Source: Octopus bimaculoides
Taxonomy: Eukaryota
NCBI RefSeq assembly: GCF_001194135.2
Contig: NC_068998.1
Coordinates: 28,519,264-28,554,999, forward strand
DNA length: 35,736 nt
Direction of reading: 5' to 3'
This document shows, in pieces, positions 9,621 to 21,712 of the stretch. The first letter of the stretch is position 1. Every line of letters starts with the position of its first letter. The notes below the pieces were generated by a model. That model was not told where the DNA came from. It did no database searches and saw only the letters and a list, made by a program, of their open reading frames with translations. Made by a program: the position numbers and the translations under genes.

Positions 9621-10067
9621 TATTCTACAGAAAATAAAGGAATTCTCGAATGCAGGATGGGTGTAAAGACAGCTTAGAACATCGGATAAATACCCATTAG
9701 AAGGCGGGAAGAAAGTGGCCAGCAAGCCCCTACAGAGAATTGAACCCTATATCTCTCAAATTCTGGATGAGCGCTCTGTACACATTAAGTTAAGATACTC
9801 GTGACAACAAATAGCACCTTTTTATAATGTTAAATAATAATTCTTGGAATGTAAGAACATTTTGTAAGCAAACTTATAAGCGCCGAGTGAGTTGGTATTC
9901 GACAGAAAATAAGCTTAATGGGTACAGAGCGCTCCACCGGAATTTGAAAGGTAGATGGTTAGATTCTCTGGTCACTTTTTTCGTCTTCTAAGGGGTATTT
10001 ACTCGATGTTCTAAGCTGTCTCCACAGCCATCCTTTATTCGAGAATTTCTTTGTTTTCTGTAGAATA
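9621..10067. repeat. Diverged inverted repeat pair (9621-9789 minus / 9914-10067 plus) with tRNA-like head, tail-out orientation
   Basis: Shared: cttaatg(t/g)gtacagagcgctc, attctctg, ttctaa(t/g)gggtattta, cgatgttctaagctgtct, attcgagaatt, ttttctgtagaata. The left copy has a B-box-like gggttcaattc. Confidence 0.8.
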
Positions 10068-10353
10068 CCGACTCACTCGACGCTTTACAATCTATATAAT
10101 CATCTCTCTCTTTTGCAACCCTACTTTCTCAATAATTACGTGCTTTATATATGCTTCTTAACCATTCTGTTCTCCTCCTCTCTTTTGCTTACTCTTTCAC
10201 GCTCAACTGTTTTTTTTTACCTATTTATTTTTTCACTTAATATTTTCCACTTTTAACCACTTAGTAAATTTTCCTCTAGTTGAATCTGCTTTAATTTTTT
10301 TGTTTGTCTCTTTACACCATTTTCTTCACCACTTCCCCATTTTTCTGATTCCA

Positions 10354-10399
<46 letters not shown>

Positions 10400-10402
<3 letters not shown>

Positions 10403-10740
10403 CGTATTCAAATCTCACTCCATTCATCCCCAGCCAGTCACCCTACCCCACACCGCTTAACCCTCTATTCTCATCTTACACTGATACCTCCTTTACGTGT
10501 ATACAGCTCCTCACCCCTTCTTAATTATTCCCCTTAGAACTGCATTCCCTCTTTCCCATCACCTTACTCTTTCCTGTTTTTGTTTTGGATGAAGGACTTT
10601 CTCTACGAAACGTCAAAAACCTTTTCCTTTTCCTTTTCAAGCGTGAACCTAACAACATTTTTAATAAAATCTTGTCCCTTTTGTTGTGTGTTCTCTTGTT
10701 TTTGTTTGTTTGTTTGCGTGTGTGTATGTGTTTATCGTAA
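10400..10740 (+). mobile_element. PLE-type pyrimidine-rich tail with degenerate hammerhead (10582-10620)
   Basis: gttt-UGGAUGA-a-gg...c-GAAACGUC-aaaaac. The downstream agcgtgaacctaacaacatt resembles agcgtcaaactaatacatt at ~27977. Confidence 0.5.
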
Positions 10741-12229
10741 TGTATATGCTGTTTGTTGTAAAATACATACGAATATATATTTTATATAGCGCGTATATTA
10801 TCTGGTGTAGAACCCAATATGTGGGGTAGAGTGCATGAGTTTAAACACTCATTTCAGCCTTCGGGGGTCAAGAAAATATCTATCCATTACTGGAGATCAA
10901 TATAATTGACTATACCCTCTTACTCACAGATTTGTACTTTGTGTTTCAACGATAAATCATTGTTATAATTTTACCCTTTTATATCCTGAGCTCAAAACTC
11001 AAGTTGACGTTGCTTGTCATCTTTGCAGGGTTGATGATAAAATGGAATCACTAAAGTATTGACTTCAATTGAATCGACCAAAAAATAAGGTTCTTTGTGA
11101 AGTGTATAATGTAAGAAGATGTTACATATCCCCAAATCAAGTTCGGTCGTGCAAGCATTGAATCAAAGGGATTCTAGATACGAGTATCTTGTTCATATGT
11201 AGAAGACAAAGTATTGAAGCAGTGGAGTGCCAGACAAAATGGGCGATGACATGGTGGAAACAATGTGGCCTTACTGCAATTAGTTACGTTTCTTTACATT
11301 CTGTTACTGAATTTCCTGAATTGACCTTGCCTCTCATTTCGTATGGTCGATAGTACCAGTCATATTCTGGAGTCGATTTAATCAGTTATGATTAGATACA
11401 ACATGCAGTTTTGCATGTGTTTATAAGAAATCAATACATTTAAAAACAGAAACTCACACATTATTTCTCACCTATTAAGTGCTTTTTTACACGATGTTTT
11501 GAATGATTTTATATTTCAGTCCTATTTGTTATTTTCATTTATTTCCCAGTTATAATAACTTTAAAAATTATGCTATAACTTAAATGATATAGTTAATTTA
11601 TGCTTATATATAACTAAAAAAGATAATTCAGTGAAAATGCAGTAAAATTATTATTTAGATAAAACATGATCAATTTCGTAAATGCTTGGAAAGCCAAGTT
11701 GAGTATTTAAATGAGGGGGTGAAGGTAGGTTGTGTTTGTAACTGGAGCTGCTCTGTGGATATGGTCAAGCCACCAAGTTTTAAATGTCTCAATTTTTCAA
11801 GGTGTAAATAAAAGAATGAAAATACCTTTAAGCTCCGAAAAGGCTTTTAAGTACAGGTTCTTTAAGTTAATTTTTTGGAATGAGGCAATTATTTGAAATA
11901 TAAGTTATCCCTGTCGAACTTGATAGAATATACAATAAAAGAAAGCTCTATTGCACACGCAGCAATGCTGCATCTGACAAGAATATTCCGATCAAGGAAA
12001 TAAGAAACAGATGTAGTTCACAGGAGGGAAACCGAGCTCAGAGTTTGTCATGTCAGATAAAATAGAAGGCATGGATAGTAGACTTAATTCGTCACTCGGT
12101 TTAACAGCACTTACTGACCTTTGGATAACTTAGCAGAGTCAACTGTCTTGCCAGTATTCTGGTCAAGTGTCCAATTTGAGAATCTCTTCCTTCCACCAAA
12201 ATCAGAGGCAGTGAGAAAAGCTATAAATG

Positions 12230-12350
12230 TTGCCCTTTCTCATCTGAGTTACGTAAAACAAAGAACATGGGTTTCGCCAAAGTCCTGAAATTCGAAGAAC
12301 TGGTGAGAGACATAAGAAAGTAAGTTTCCGATAGATATGGGTCTGCACGG
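12230..12350 (-). pseudogene. Possible PLE reverse-transcriptase thumb remnant
   Basis: VQTHIYRKLTF...ISGLWRNPCS resembles the PLE T-x-VYRKPT...RICS signature. Short and deleted. Confidence 0.35.
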
Positions 12351-12399
12351 AGCGATACTTGAAGTAACAGGGGAGAGCGGGAGAGAGAGAAAGAGAGAA

Positions 12400-12573
12400 G
12401 TGAAACAGACAGATAGATAGAAGGAGAGTGAACAAGAGAGAAGGAGAGAAAGGAACAGATAGCTAGGAGAGAGTGAGAGAGAGAGAGAGAGAGAGGTGAA
12501 ACAGACAGAAAGATAGAAAGAGAGTAAACGAGAGAGTGGGAAATAGATGGAGAGAAGGGAACAGATAGCCAGA

Positions 12574-12580
<7 letters not shown>
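12400..12580 (+). repeat. ~96-bp purine-rich tandem duplication within a (GA)n region
   Basis: gtgaaacagacaga(t/a)agatagaa(g/a)gagagt(g/a)aac...ggaacagatagc occurs at 12400 and 12496. Confidence 0.75.
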
Positions 12581-12619
<39 letters not shown>

Positions 12620-12795
12620 AAGAGAAAGAGAGAGAAAGAGAGAGAGACTGAAACTGGAGATAATTCGCAGTGCTTTTGAGATTTTGGCTGAGATTGTTAT
12701 CGGTCGGTAAGTGAGGGCGGTTTTCATTTGGGGAAATAAGACACTATAGTGCCTTGGAAGATCAGAATAAACTCCTGGAAAGAGCGATACAGAGA

Positions 12796-12845
<50 letters not shown>

Positions 12846-13086
12846 GTGTAAACTGACAGGCAAAGACACACAGGGAGAGGGGGGAATGGGGGAGAAGAAA
12901 ACAAATGTATGTAAATCATGCACATACGAAACATCCTCTATACAAACTGAGTTACATCCCACTAAATTTTTCGAAGAAATTCAGTCCCCTCTTCTTGCAT
13001 CAGTAATCAATTTACAAGTTGGAAGATATATCCTCGGGGATAATATTTTAGCAAGTTAAATATCTACAGTAGACGAATGACCACTA

Positions 13087-13180
13087 AAAGAGTAAGTCCT
13101 GGGGTCAATTTGCTCGACTAAAGGCGGTGCTCCAGCATGGCCGCAGTCAAATGACTGAAACAAGTAAAAGAGTAAAAGAG
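13087..13180 (+). mobile_element. SINE family 1 3' tail
   Basis: taagtcctggggtcaatttgctcgactaaaggcggtgctccagcatggccgcagtcaaatgactgaaacaagtaaaagagtaaaagag. Confidence 0.85.
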
Positions 13181-13259
<79 letters not shown>

Positions 13260-13339
13260 TATGTATGTATGTTAAATAAAACGAGACAACAAAGCCAAGG
13301 CAATGTGAAATTTCTAGGGCATTTATAAATAGAAAAGTA

Positions 13340-13387
13340 GTCTTACAGCTGTTTCAAGGATATAAAGGATATCCCATCATCAGAGAT
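13340..13387 (-). ncRNA. Type I hammerhead motif (left arm)
   Basis: aucu-CUGAUGA-U-gggauau-ccuuu-auauccu-U-GAAA-CAGCUG-UA-agac. Confidence 0.7.
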
Positions 13388-14222
13388 GATATGAGAAAGT
13401 TAGATAGAAGGAAATAGTAGAGTTCAATGTAGGAAGTTATTTTGGAAAAGGAGGGTTATAAGAAGTATAAAATGAAATATCTCTCATCGATTTATCAGTC
13501 CCCACTATCACTTTAGCTAGGACAATCTCTAACTTCATATATACATGTCTACGTCTATTTTTAGAAACTTGACCATTATATCTTCTTATTCTTCCTTTTT
13601 GAGGTTTACTACTCACTTCTAGTTTCCCCCTCCATACTACATTCTTTATCTATCTTTCCATCTTAATGCCTTTTCAAAAGTATCACCCACCTCCCATTTC
13701 TCACAAATATTCCTTCCTTACATTCTTATCTTTTCCTTCTATCCCTCCTCCTATTCCTTTTATCTACTGATTGTTCTCTTCTCTCCATTTCTTCACAATA
13801 TCTTGACCACCATCTAGCACTCCTTTTTCCTTTTCTTTTCCTCTTTCTATCTATCTTTCTTTCTTGTTTCCTCCCCTAATCCTTTTGACCAATACCATTT
13901 TTCTTCCTTCTAACATACTTATCTGTTCCCTTCTCTCTATCTACTTCCCCCTTTGAATGAACAGCACATCGAATTAATATCTTCACACTGTCCATCTGTA
14001 ATAACAAAATGGGAATTCCTATCGGAATTTACATATCATGGACAAGAAGCCGCTTTACCTATTCTACACAGCTCGTTCCTTGGATAATGGAACAGCAACT
14101 TTAACATCCAAAATATATTTTTTATTGTCATATTTCCCTTTATACTTCTTATATCTCTTCCTTTCTAAAATAACTTCCTATCTTAAACTTTACTATTTCC
14201 TTCTATTTAACTCTCCCATATT

Positions 14223-14270
14223 GCCTCTGATGATGGGATATCCTTTATATCCCTGAAACAGCTGTAAGAC
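14223..14270 (+). ncRNA. Type I hammerhead motif (right arm)
   Basis: gccu-CUGAUGA(14227-14233)-U-gggauau/auauccc-U-GAAA(14255-14258)-CAGCUG-UA-agac. Palindromic ACAGCUGU stem III; predicted GUA cleavage after 14266. Confidence 0.72.
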
Positions 14271-14540
14271 TAACTTTCTCTTTATAAATGTCCTAGAAAT
14301 TTCACACTGCCTTTGTTTTGTTGTCTCATTTTATTTGACATATACACGCTCACACACGACCCGCATTAGACTCATCACTAATACTATTATCGAACCGGGA
14401 GCCTAACAACGGTCCTTCCTAACACTTACATAGTTTTACCAGACTTTTGGGCATTCTGGATACCAAAATCTCTCATATGTGTGTATGTATACATATATAA
14501 TTTATACGTTCATGTATATACATGTAATCATGTGTGTGTA

Positions 14541-14600
<60 letters not shown>

Positions 14601-14834
14601 AAGTAGAAATATTTATTTAGCAAAAGGCTTTTAAGCTCATTCCGTTTCACCCAGTCCAGTCATAATGGTCGAACTCTCTTCATCAGGGGAAACAACTGCT
14701 ATGCACATTGAGTATGCACGCTGACATGTTCAGCATATACCTGGTATGCATGTATGTGTCCGCGTGTGTATCTATGGGTCATGTGTACGTGTACAAATAT
14801 ATATGGACATACATATTACAATATATATGTCTGT

Positions 14835-14835
<1 letters not shown>

Positions 14836-14917
<82 letters not shown>

Positions 14918-15258
14918 NNNNNNNNNNNNNNNNNNNNNNNNNNNNNNNNNNNNNNNNNNNNNNNNNNNNNNNNNNNNNNNNNNNNNNNNNNNNNNNNNNN
15001 NNNNNNNNNNNNNNNNNNNNNNNNNNNNNNNNNNNNNNNNNNNNNNNNNNNNNNNNNNNNNNNNNNNNNNNNNNNNNNNNNNNNNNNNNNNNNNNNNNNN
15101 NNNNNNNNNNNNNNNNNNNNNNNNNNNNNNNNNNNNNNNNNNNNNNNNNNNNNNNNNNNNNNNNNNNNNNNNNNNNNNNNNNNNNNNNNNNNNNNNNNNN
15201 NNNNNNNNNNNNNNNNNNNNNNNNNNNNNNNNNNNNNNNNNNNNNNNNNNNNNNNNNN

Positions 15259-15308
<50 letters not shown>
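14836..15308. repeat. (CA)n and (TA)n microsatellites flanking assembly gap
   Basis: Directly visible. Confidence 0.95.
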
Positions 15309-15313
<5 letters not shown>

Positions 15314-16029
15314 GCACATACTGTAGACAGGAGTACCTATTATATTCCGGCGATTCTAATACTACATCAATACCTCAATGATCATGATAGTGTTAAAAAC
15401 TAACATTTTCACATTCAATCCTATGTATTTCTCACCAATTTAGAGTGTATCGATGTGTAAAGGATATGTTTGCGTATTTCTTTGATTAGCTTCATATACG
15501 CTATTAGGTGTCTGATCGTCAAATAGGCTGGATAATGTTTACCTGCTGACTAGATTTACACGATATATTGAATGACGTCAGATAACCATGGCGACTGTCA
15601 TGTCCTTAGCTGACGATTGAAAGACTGACTATACACAGAAAAATCGATGACTATTACTTGCGTGCTTTATATCGATATTGTTGCTAAACCACTCATGGTA
15701 TCGTGAAAGTAAAAGACAAGCGAAAAATTGCTGTGTTCTTCCAATTTAGTTTGTGTTTTCGATTCAAATATTTATAGCAACAGGGAGTTTAGCTTCTGCT
15801 AACCTTATTTCTTACAATTCTTTTCTATCCTTACACTCGTTATAGAATATCACACATATGAGTATTCATGACACTTCTAAAATGTACACATTTAGATATA
15901 TTTATATTATTAACAACTGAATTATTTAAGTAAAAGATGTAATACTAAATAGATAACATGTATTTAATTTTGTACAATATTTCCTACATTTATCCTGTAT
16001 GCAAAAATATTTCAATATTCTCTCAGAAA

Positions 16030-16236
16030 GAGGCAGCGAGCTGGCAGAATCGTTTGCACGCCGGGCAAAAAGCCTCGCGGCATTTCGTCTGTCTTTATGT
16101 TCTGAGTTCAAATTCCGCCTAAGTCCACTTTGCCTTTCCTTCTTTCGGGGTCAATAAATTATCAGTTGAGCATTGGGGTCGTTATACTCGACTTACCTCC
16201 TCTGGAATTGCTGGCTTTGTGCCAAAATTTGAAACG
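16030..16236 (+). mobile_element. Near full-length tRNA-derived SINE family 2
   Basis: A-box-like ctggcagaatcg, B box gagttcaaattcc, body actttgcctttccttctttcggggtcaataa...gtgccaaaatttgaaac. Decayed copies at ~9190, ~10850, ~10985, ~11320 and 32594 (minus). Confidence 0.8.
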
Positions 16237-16346
16237 AATATTTTCTCAGAAGGGCACAACGCTTCTCAATTAGTCTAAGAGGTAGTGTTTTACTTCATAG
16301 GTTTATTATTTTGATTTAGTACTTATAAGATCTTAGTCTCAAACTA

Positions 16347-18476
16347 CTGTAGTTTCCGGCATACAAGGCGCACTTTTTTTTCCAAAATATTTACCATCCC
16401 CCATTCACCCTTCGCCTTATATGCTGAAGGCCAAGTTTTGGGTAGACTTGGGAAACTGAGAATGTTAGTTTCAGTGCTGCGGTAGGCCTACCAGTATCTA
16501 TTTTCAGAACGATTTTCAAATGAATATTATAAATTAAAAATATAGCTATACACGAGTATAGTAATAAATTAGAAATTTATTTATTCAGTATATTATAAGC
16601 AAATGTGTATCCTCAGCAGCTGTGTGCTATTGTTTGTTTACAAGAGAGGATAGCAATCAGTATTGCCGAAACATTGAAAAAAAAAATCTCTGTAAGTTTT
16701 GGCACAATATATTAACGCTGTCTGATCATTAAGATTACTTTTTAATTAACAAAGTACATACCAGGAGTAATTTCTTGATATAAATTACCACTTCATAAAC
16801 TTAAAAATAATAATAGAACTAAAGTTTAAGTAGCTGTTAATCAATAGCGACGTTGTTTTGATAGTTATGACTTTATTCTCAGATTGTCAGTGAATGCCCG
16901 TGCATGCGAAGATAATTTTAAAATTATCAAAACCTCATAATGAAGTCAAAAAGGATACATGCCTACACAGTCAGTTATAAACTGCAGGTAGTAGCATTTG
17001 CAAAGGAGCATGGCAACCGAGCTTCTGCAGTGCATTTTGTGCCTTCACCTACAGAGAAAATGGCTTCTGACTGGCGTAAACAAGGGGAAAAACTTCAGCG
17101 GTCAGGAAGATCTAAACACAACCTTCGCAAACCGAAACCTAAGTGTGTGGAACTTGAAGATGAGATAAAGACCCTGGTTTTGCAGTGTCAGCTAAACAAA
17201 TCCTTTGCGAAGCCAAAGGGCAGCTGCAAGAGGACATGATTTTTCTGGTACTGCGGGTTGGTGCTGTAGATTCATGAAACGAAACGGATTGGCCATGCGA
17301 ATAAAAACAAAAATAGCACAAAAATGCCAGCAGAGTATGAAATCAAAACTATTGACTTTCATCTATTTGTTTTAAATGCTAGAGAAACAAAATTTTGAAG
17401 TGGGACAGATTGCAAACATAAATGAAGTTCCCGTGAGGTTTGATATACCGACCAATAAGTGTGTCGACGCAAAAGGTAGCAAAACTGTGACTAGCAAAGC
17501 CTTCGGTCATGAGAAATTAAATTTTACATGTGTTTTGGTTCGTTGTATTGATGGAACCAAATTATCACCTTTACTTATGTTCAAACAGAAAATAATGCCA
17601 AAAGAAAATATTCTACTAGGAATTATCATCCACGTTCACTCCAGGAATGGAAAGATGAAAATACAATAAAACTCTGGTTAGAAAAGGTGTGGTCACCGCG
17701 TCCCGATGGGCTTCTCAAAAATCAATTGCTTCTTGTGTTGGATCAGTTCCGGGCTCATGTAACAAAGGGCACCAAGAGTAGAACAAATGGATTAAACACT
17801 AAACTGATTGTAATACCTGGGGGATTAACACAGGTCGATTACAACCTCTATGTATCAATAAACAAACCTTTTAAGGACTAGATGCACGAGAAATGGAACA
17901 AATGGATGATGCTCCTACATAAGCTAACACCAACAGGTCGGATGAAGAAGCCAACAAGAAAAAGTATTTGAGATGCAGTTAAAATGGAAACAGTTTTACG
18001 ATCTTTTAAGAAATGTGGCATGAGCAATTCCTTCGATGGCACAGAAGATGGTCTTTAATACGAGGAATCAGACATCTCTGACGCAGATAGCATTGATGAC
18101 TCGAAGAGGAAGGTACGGATAAAGATAACAACAACAGTGAATTTGATGAGCGTTATGATGATGGTAAGTAATGGCTTGGTGGTGAGGTGGGACTTTGAAA
18201 ATTAATAAAAAATACTTCAGTATTCTCACTTTTATCATAGAAAAAGTATACCGTTTCATACTTTCTCATGTTTTATAAGTTTTTATAAATAAAAATAAGA
18301 TGAAATATTTAATCGTACTATAAATATGATCCTTATTATTCTCTGTTACTTGTATTTACTGGCAGTACATTATAAAATACATATCGCAATTCTCGCAAAT
18401 TTGTGGAAAAATAACATAAAAGACAGATATTTAAGCAAACATATTTTAATCACTAAGGCGGCTTAACAAACTACGG
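16347..18476 (+). mobile_element. pogo-type (Tc1/mariner superfamily) DNA transposon, inactive
   Basis: TA|ctgtagtttccggcatacaaggcgcac left TIR; degenerate right TIR gcggcttaacaaactacgg|TA ending at 18476 (alternative, better-matching right TIR ending at 18950); internal transposase remnant. Confidence 0.85.
16940..18050 (+). pseudogene. Frameshifted pogo transposase (BrkDBD-like + CENP-B-type HTH + DDE_1; POGK-like architecture)
   Basis: ORF pieces YTVSYKLQVVAFAKEHGNRASAVHF; IANINEVPVRFDIPTNKCVDAKGSKTV...GHEKLNFTCVL...DGTKLSPLLMFK; LLLVLDQFRAHVT...VIPGGLT...LYVSINKPFKD. First (NINE for MDE) and third (LYV for LDV) catalytic Asp are lost. Confidence 0.88.
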
Positions 18477-21139
18477 TAAATATTCAACTGTACTTTTTCG
18501 TCACCGAAGTTCTTTTGACGCTACAATTGCCGCCACCATGTTTGTTTACAAGTAATGACGTAATGATGGTGTGAATTGCTTGAACAGTGATAACTTTATA
18601 TTAGGGGTGGTAGTTAGTAATGTCAGCAGTGCAGATTGATTATGTTAATGGTGATTCTTGATAGTTTTAGTGTTGTCGCTTGGTAGTAGTTAGTGGTATT
18701 ATTAGTGGACAATACTTGTGATGGTGAAGGTCAGTTGTAATATTTGGGAGTGTTAAGGTAAGTATTGTAACTTATCCTTCCATAATAACTTACCAAAAGT
18801 CGTCAGTCTAAATGTTAATGGTTCCCATACATGAAAATATGTGAGACATTCAGCGAGAGGATCCTGAGTCAGCTGCAGTTCCCCCCCCCCCCNNNNNNNN
18901 NNTTAGGCCTGTCAACATTGGGGTGCGTTCTTATATGCCCGAAAATATGGTATATTCGAACCAACGACGGATTAATCTGGTACCAAGTGTAGCACATGCT
19001 ACGGGCTCTGAATTTCCAGTGAACCTACTTTAAATGATTTAATATTGTAATACTGTACTGCTTTCAACTTTCGACCAACTATTTATTTAAGGCTGGTCCA
19101 ATACATTTTAACTTAAATGGCAACGGTAAATTGGCAGACTTACTTCATTTTAGTTGGATGCTAACTAATAGATTTCCTATCCTATTCCTCTATCTCAACA
19201 CATGAAATTCAACACACAATAACTGAAATTAATTATTATTTGTCTCATAAACAGGACTGGTTGAATCAATTAGATCATCATTAATGTTGTATAGACTCGG
19301 TAATGTTAACCAGCCTCATTAAATCGGGATTTTTTTACGGGTGACAACCACATCATATTTAAGCAGTTTCTACTTAAACTTTATGCTCTTAATATAAACT
19401 GTGGCACAAGTTTAAATTAACAGTCACATTTTCAACGTTAGACCACAAAACTAATTTACGTTCGTTTAAAGTTGTATATCAGGAGGAAATATTTATTTAA
19501 CTTGTGCATCTTAGAAGCTTAAGTAACAATCGGGTCGTGCTGCTTGCACGGATTCCCGTGATTCTCTATCGCCATACTCTTTTAATATTTGAATTAAATG
19601 CTTGAGTCATATTGGATCTTTCATTAACTGATTACACAACTATAGACCCTACCCCTATGGATGTGTTGCAGTTACTTTCTTGATAGAGCTTGGTGATCCT
19701 AACCGTTGAATTTCTAGGGTCAATCTGTTCAAAATCAATGTAAGATCCGTTGGCTCAGTTGAGCTCATCAGCTGTCACTTCATATTCAACAGTCCCATTG
19801 ATTTTGCCATATCTTTGGCAGGGTGGCTGAAAGGGTGCTAGGCCTTGCCGAAGGGCAACCAGTAATCATGCAGGGCACGGTCGACACTCTGTGAGGTATG
19901 TTCAAAATACCTACAAACATTAAGTAGCAATGATATGCATATCAGTGAATTTGAGCAATATCGAAGCATTTAAGTATTGTGTTTTTCGTTTTGGTTTAAA
20001 ATGTAATCACGATCTTTAGAGGAATGATATACCTATTCAAATTCGCCATATAATTTACCGTCCAAACCGCCGTCTTCCTGAATTAATCTTAATGTCTCAA
20101 ACACATCAACTTGCAGGTAAACGTATAATTTTAGGTAAAACTATAAATAGTGGACCCATGTATTAATTTCTTTATCTCAGTTTACTCGCATGTCAACTGA
20201 TCTAGGTACTTCGATCCTTGAAATATACTGTTGAATTCCTAATAAAAATATTCAACTTTTTGCTGGAATAGACATCAAATAAATCAAATAACCGACCTGT
20301 ATAGCTGCTCCTATCTACATACTTGAAATATTCAATTGGTTTCGTAAAAATTATTTAATAAAGCTGCTTGGATTTTGATTTAGGATCCCTTTCTAAACAT
20401 GTGCTAAAGGTTCCTCGACTGATTTAATGCAGCTGTCAGTTTAACACTTGGTGCCTGTAATGTCACCTATGACGACCATCACCTGAAAACATCACCTCTC
20501 TAACAAACAATTTTTTCAATATACTTACTCTCACCTAAACTGAACTCCCTAATCCAGTGTTCATTTATGACTCGTGGAACTCTACCCATACCACGTTTTC
20601 TTGATATACAGGCGTTGTTCATTTAATGTCATTTTGTTTAACGTCATTTCGTTATAACGTCGAAATGACGTGAAAAATAATGTAAACCCACTTTCATTCT
20701 ACACTTTTCAAGATGAATATTTGTTTCCTTTTACTTTCTCGTGCAACTTGTTGCATTTTCAATCCAGTAAAATTAAATAAATACGCAACTAGTAATTCAA
20801 TTTTTATATTTACTTTACGATCGTCAACAAAGATACAATTTTTATTCACCTACTATCTTATAAGGTACGTCAATATTTAAAATATAAAATAAATTATGAG
20901 AATCAAAGAAGGAAATTGTATTAAATAGATATAAATCGATGTACTTCTACAGCAGAGTCTATTTGATCTTTCTTAGATGTGCTGTGTGATTTGCTAGAAA
21001 AAGTTTGCTTTTCTGCGCTGTATTAAATAAAAATTAGGATAAAGAAATACATGAAAGCAAAGGGGCAAATGCACAAAGTACAACAAAGCGGCCGGACAAC
21101 CAGCTACTACGAAACTTGTCTGATTCAAGACCAGTTGGT

Positions 21140-21312
21140 TATTATTACCTCCGCCTTAGCGAAAGCGTAGGTATTGTTTTCAGTCGTGATTATTTGTCCG
21201 TGGACAAGATATCTCAAGAACTGCTGGATGGATTCGGATAAGACTTTCATAGCTATTTGGCCTCGTGTCTGGCACGTACTGATTAGATTTTGAGATCTGT
21301 TTTATTAGGGAA
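21140..21312 (+). mobile_element. Helentron/DINE-1-like non-autonomous element 5' fragment
   Basis: ttattacctccgcc-ttagcgaaagc-gtaggtattgttttc with subterminal inverted acct.cgc/gcg.aggt, followed by gacaagatatctcaagaactgctggatggatt, recalled as typical of this class. Confidence 0.55.
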
Positions 21313-21314
21313 AG

Positions 21315-21712
21315 CTATGCAAAGACCGCTGCGGTGGGAGCAGCTATGCCGTTGGAAGCGAAGCAGTTAAAAATTAGTATGGAGGAGATAATAAGAAGCG
21401 AGCAGTTTGTACAAAGAGAGGGCGACACATTAAAGCTGGTCCCTCCAGAGGAAACAGACAACGACAAGAGCGATAGGACGGTGGTGTACCGCACGCAAGC
21501 GGTCGCTACCAACAAAATAGAAGTCCTATCAGAGGATGACGTAGAAGAATGTCTGAGAGCCTTAATGAAAAAGGCAACGTTTGTGAGCAGAGGAAGAAAA
21601 TACGGCACGGTAGAGGTGAGGTTTGCCACCAAAGAAGAGGCGGCCTCACAATCCACCACTATTCTACGTTCAGACAAAGTAGCGCTGCTGCCCACGTATA
21701 GGGGCAGGCGCA
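21315..21712 (+). pseudogene. GC-richer ORF fragment, possibly non-LTR retrotransposon ORF1 (Tx1/L1-like)
   Basis: ORF 21334-21735 (...RGRKYGTVEVRFATKEEA...LLPTYRGRR) has coding-like composition, abrupt edges and no splice signals noted. Family assignment is a recalled resemblance only. Confidence 0.4.

Larger units (their letters stand above)
13263..14347. mobile_element. PLE-derived unit with ~218-bp inverted terminal arms (13263-13480 / 14130-14347), each carrying an outward-facing hammerhead
   Basis: Arms align as reverse complements (e.g. aaatttctagg..atttataaa..gtcttacagctgtttca..ggatataaaggatatcccatcatcagag vs ctctgatgatgggatatcctttatatcc..tgaaacagctgtaagac..tttataaatg..cctagaaattt). 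The ~650-bp spacer is pyrimidine-rich on the plus strand. Confidence 0.8.

Noticed and set aside
13140-13172. Hammerhead-like end of SINE family 1 (agtc-aaat-gact-GAAAC-aa-GUA)
   Set aside because: No CUGANGA upstream in any copy, and GUA is not conserved (aaata, gtgta, acgca in other copies).
14640-14690. Minus-strand CUGAUGA...GAAAC
   Set aside because: No convincing stem II, no NUH triplet or stem I complement after GAAAC.
19822-19895. Candidate 74-nt exon (ttggcAG|...GAG|GTATGT) in a GC-richer patch
   Set aside because: All three frames contain a stop and no partner exons were found; the minus strand also shows only an interrupted frame. A non-coding exon cannot be excluded without RNA data.
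20607-20671. TA-CAG Tigger-like start and 11-bp hairpin acgtcatttcg/cgaaatgacgt
   Set aside because: No matching right terminus found in the window.
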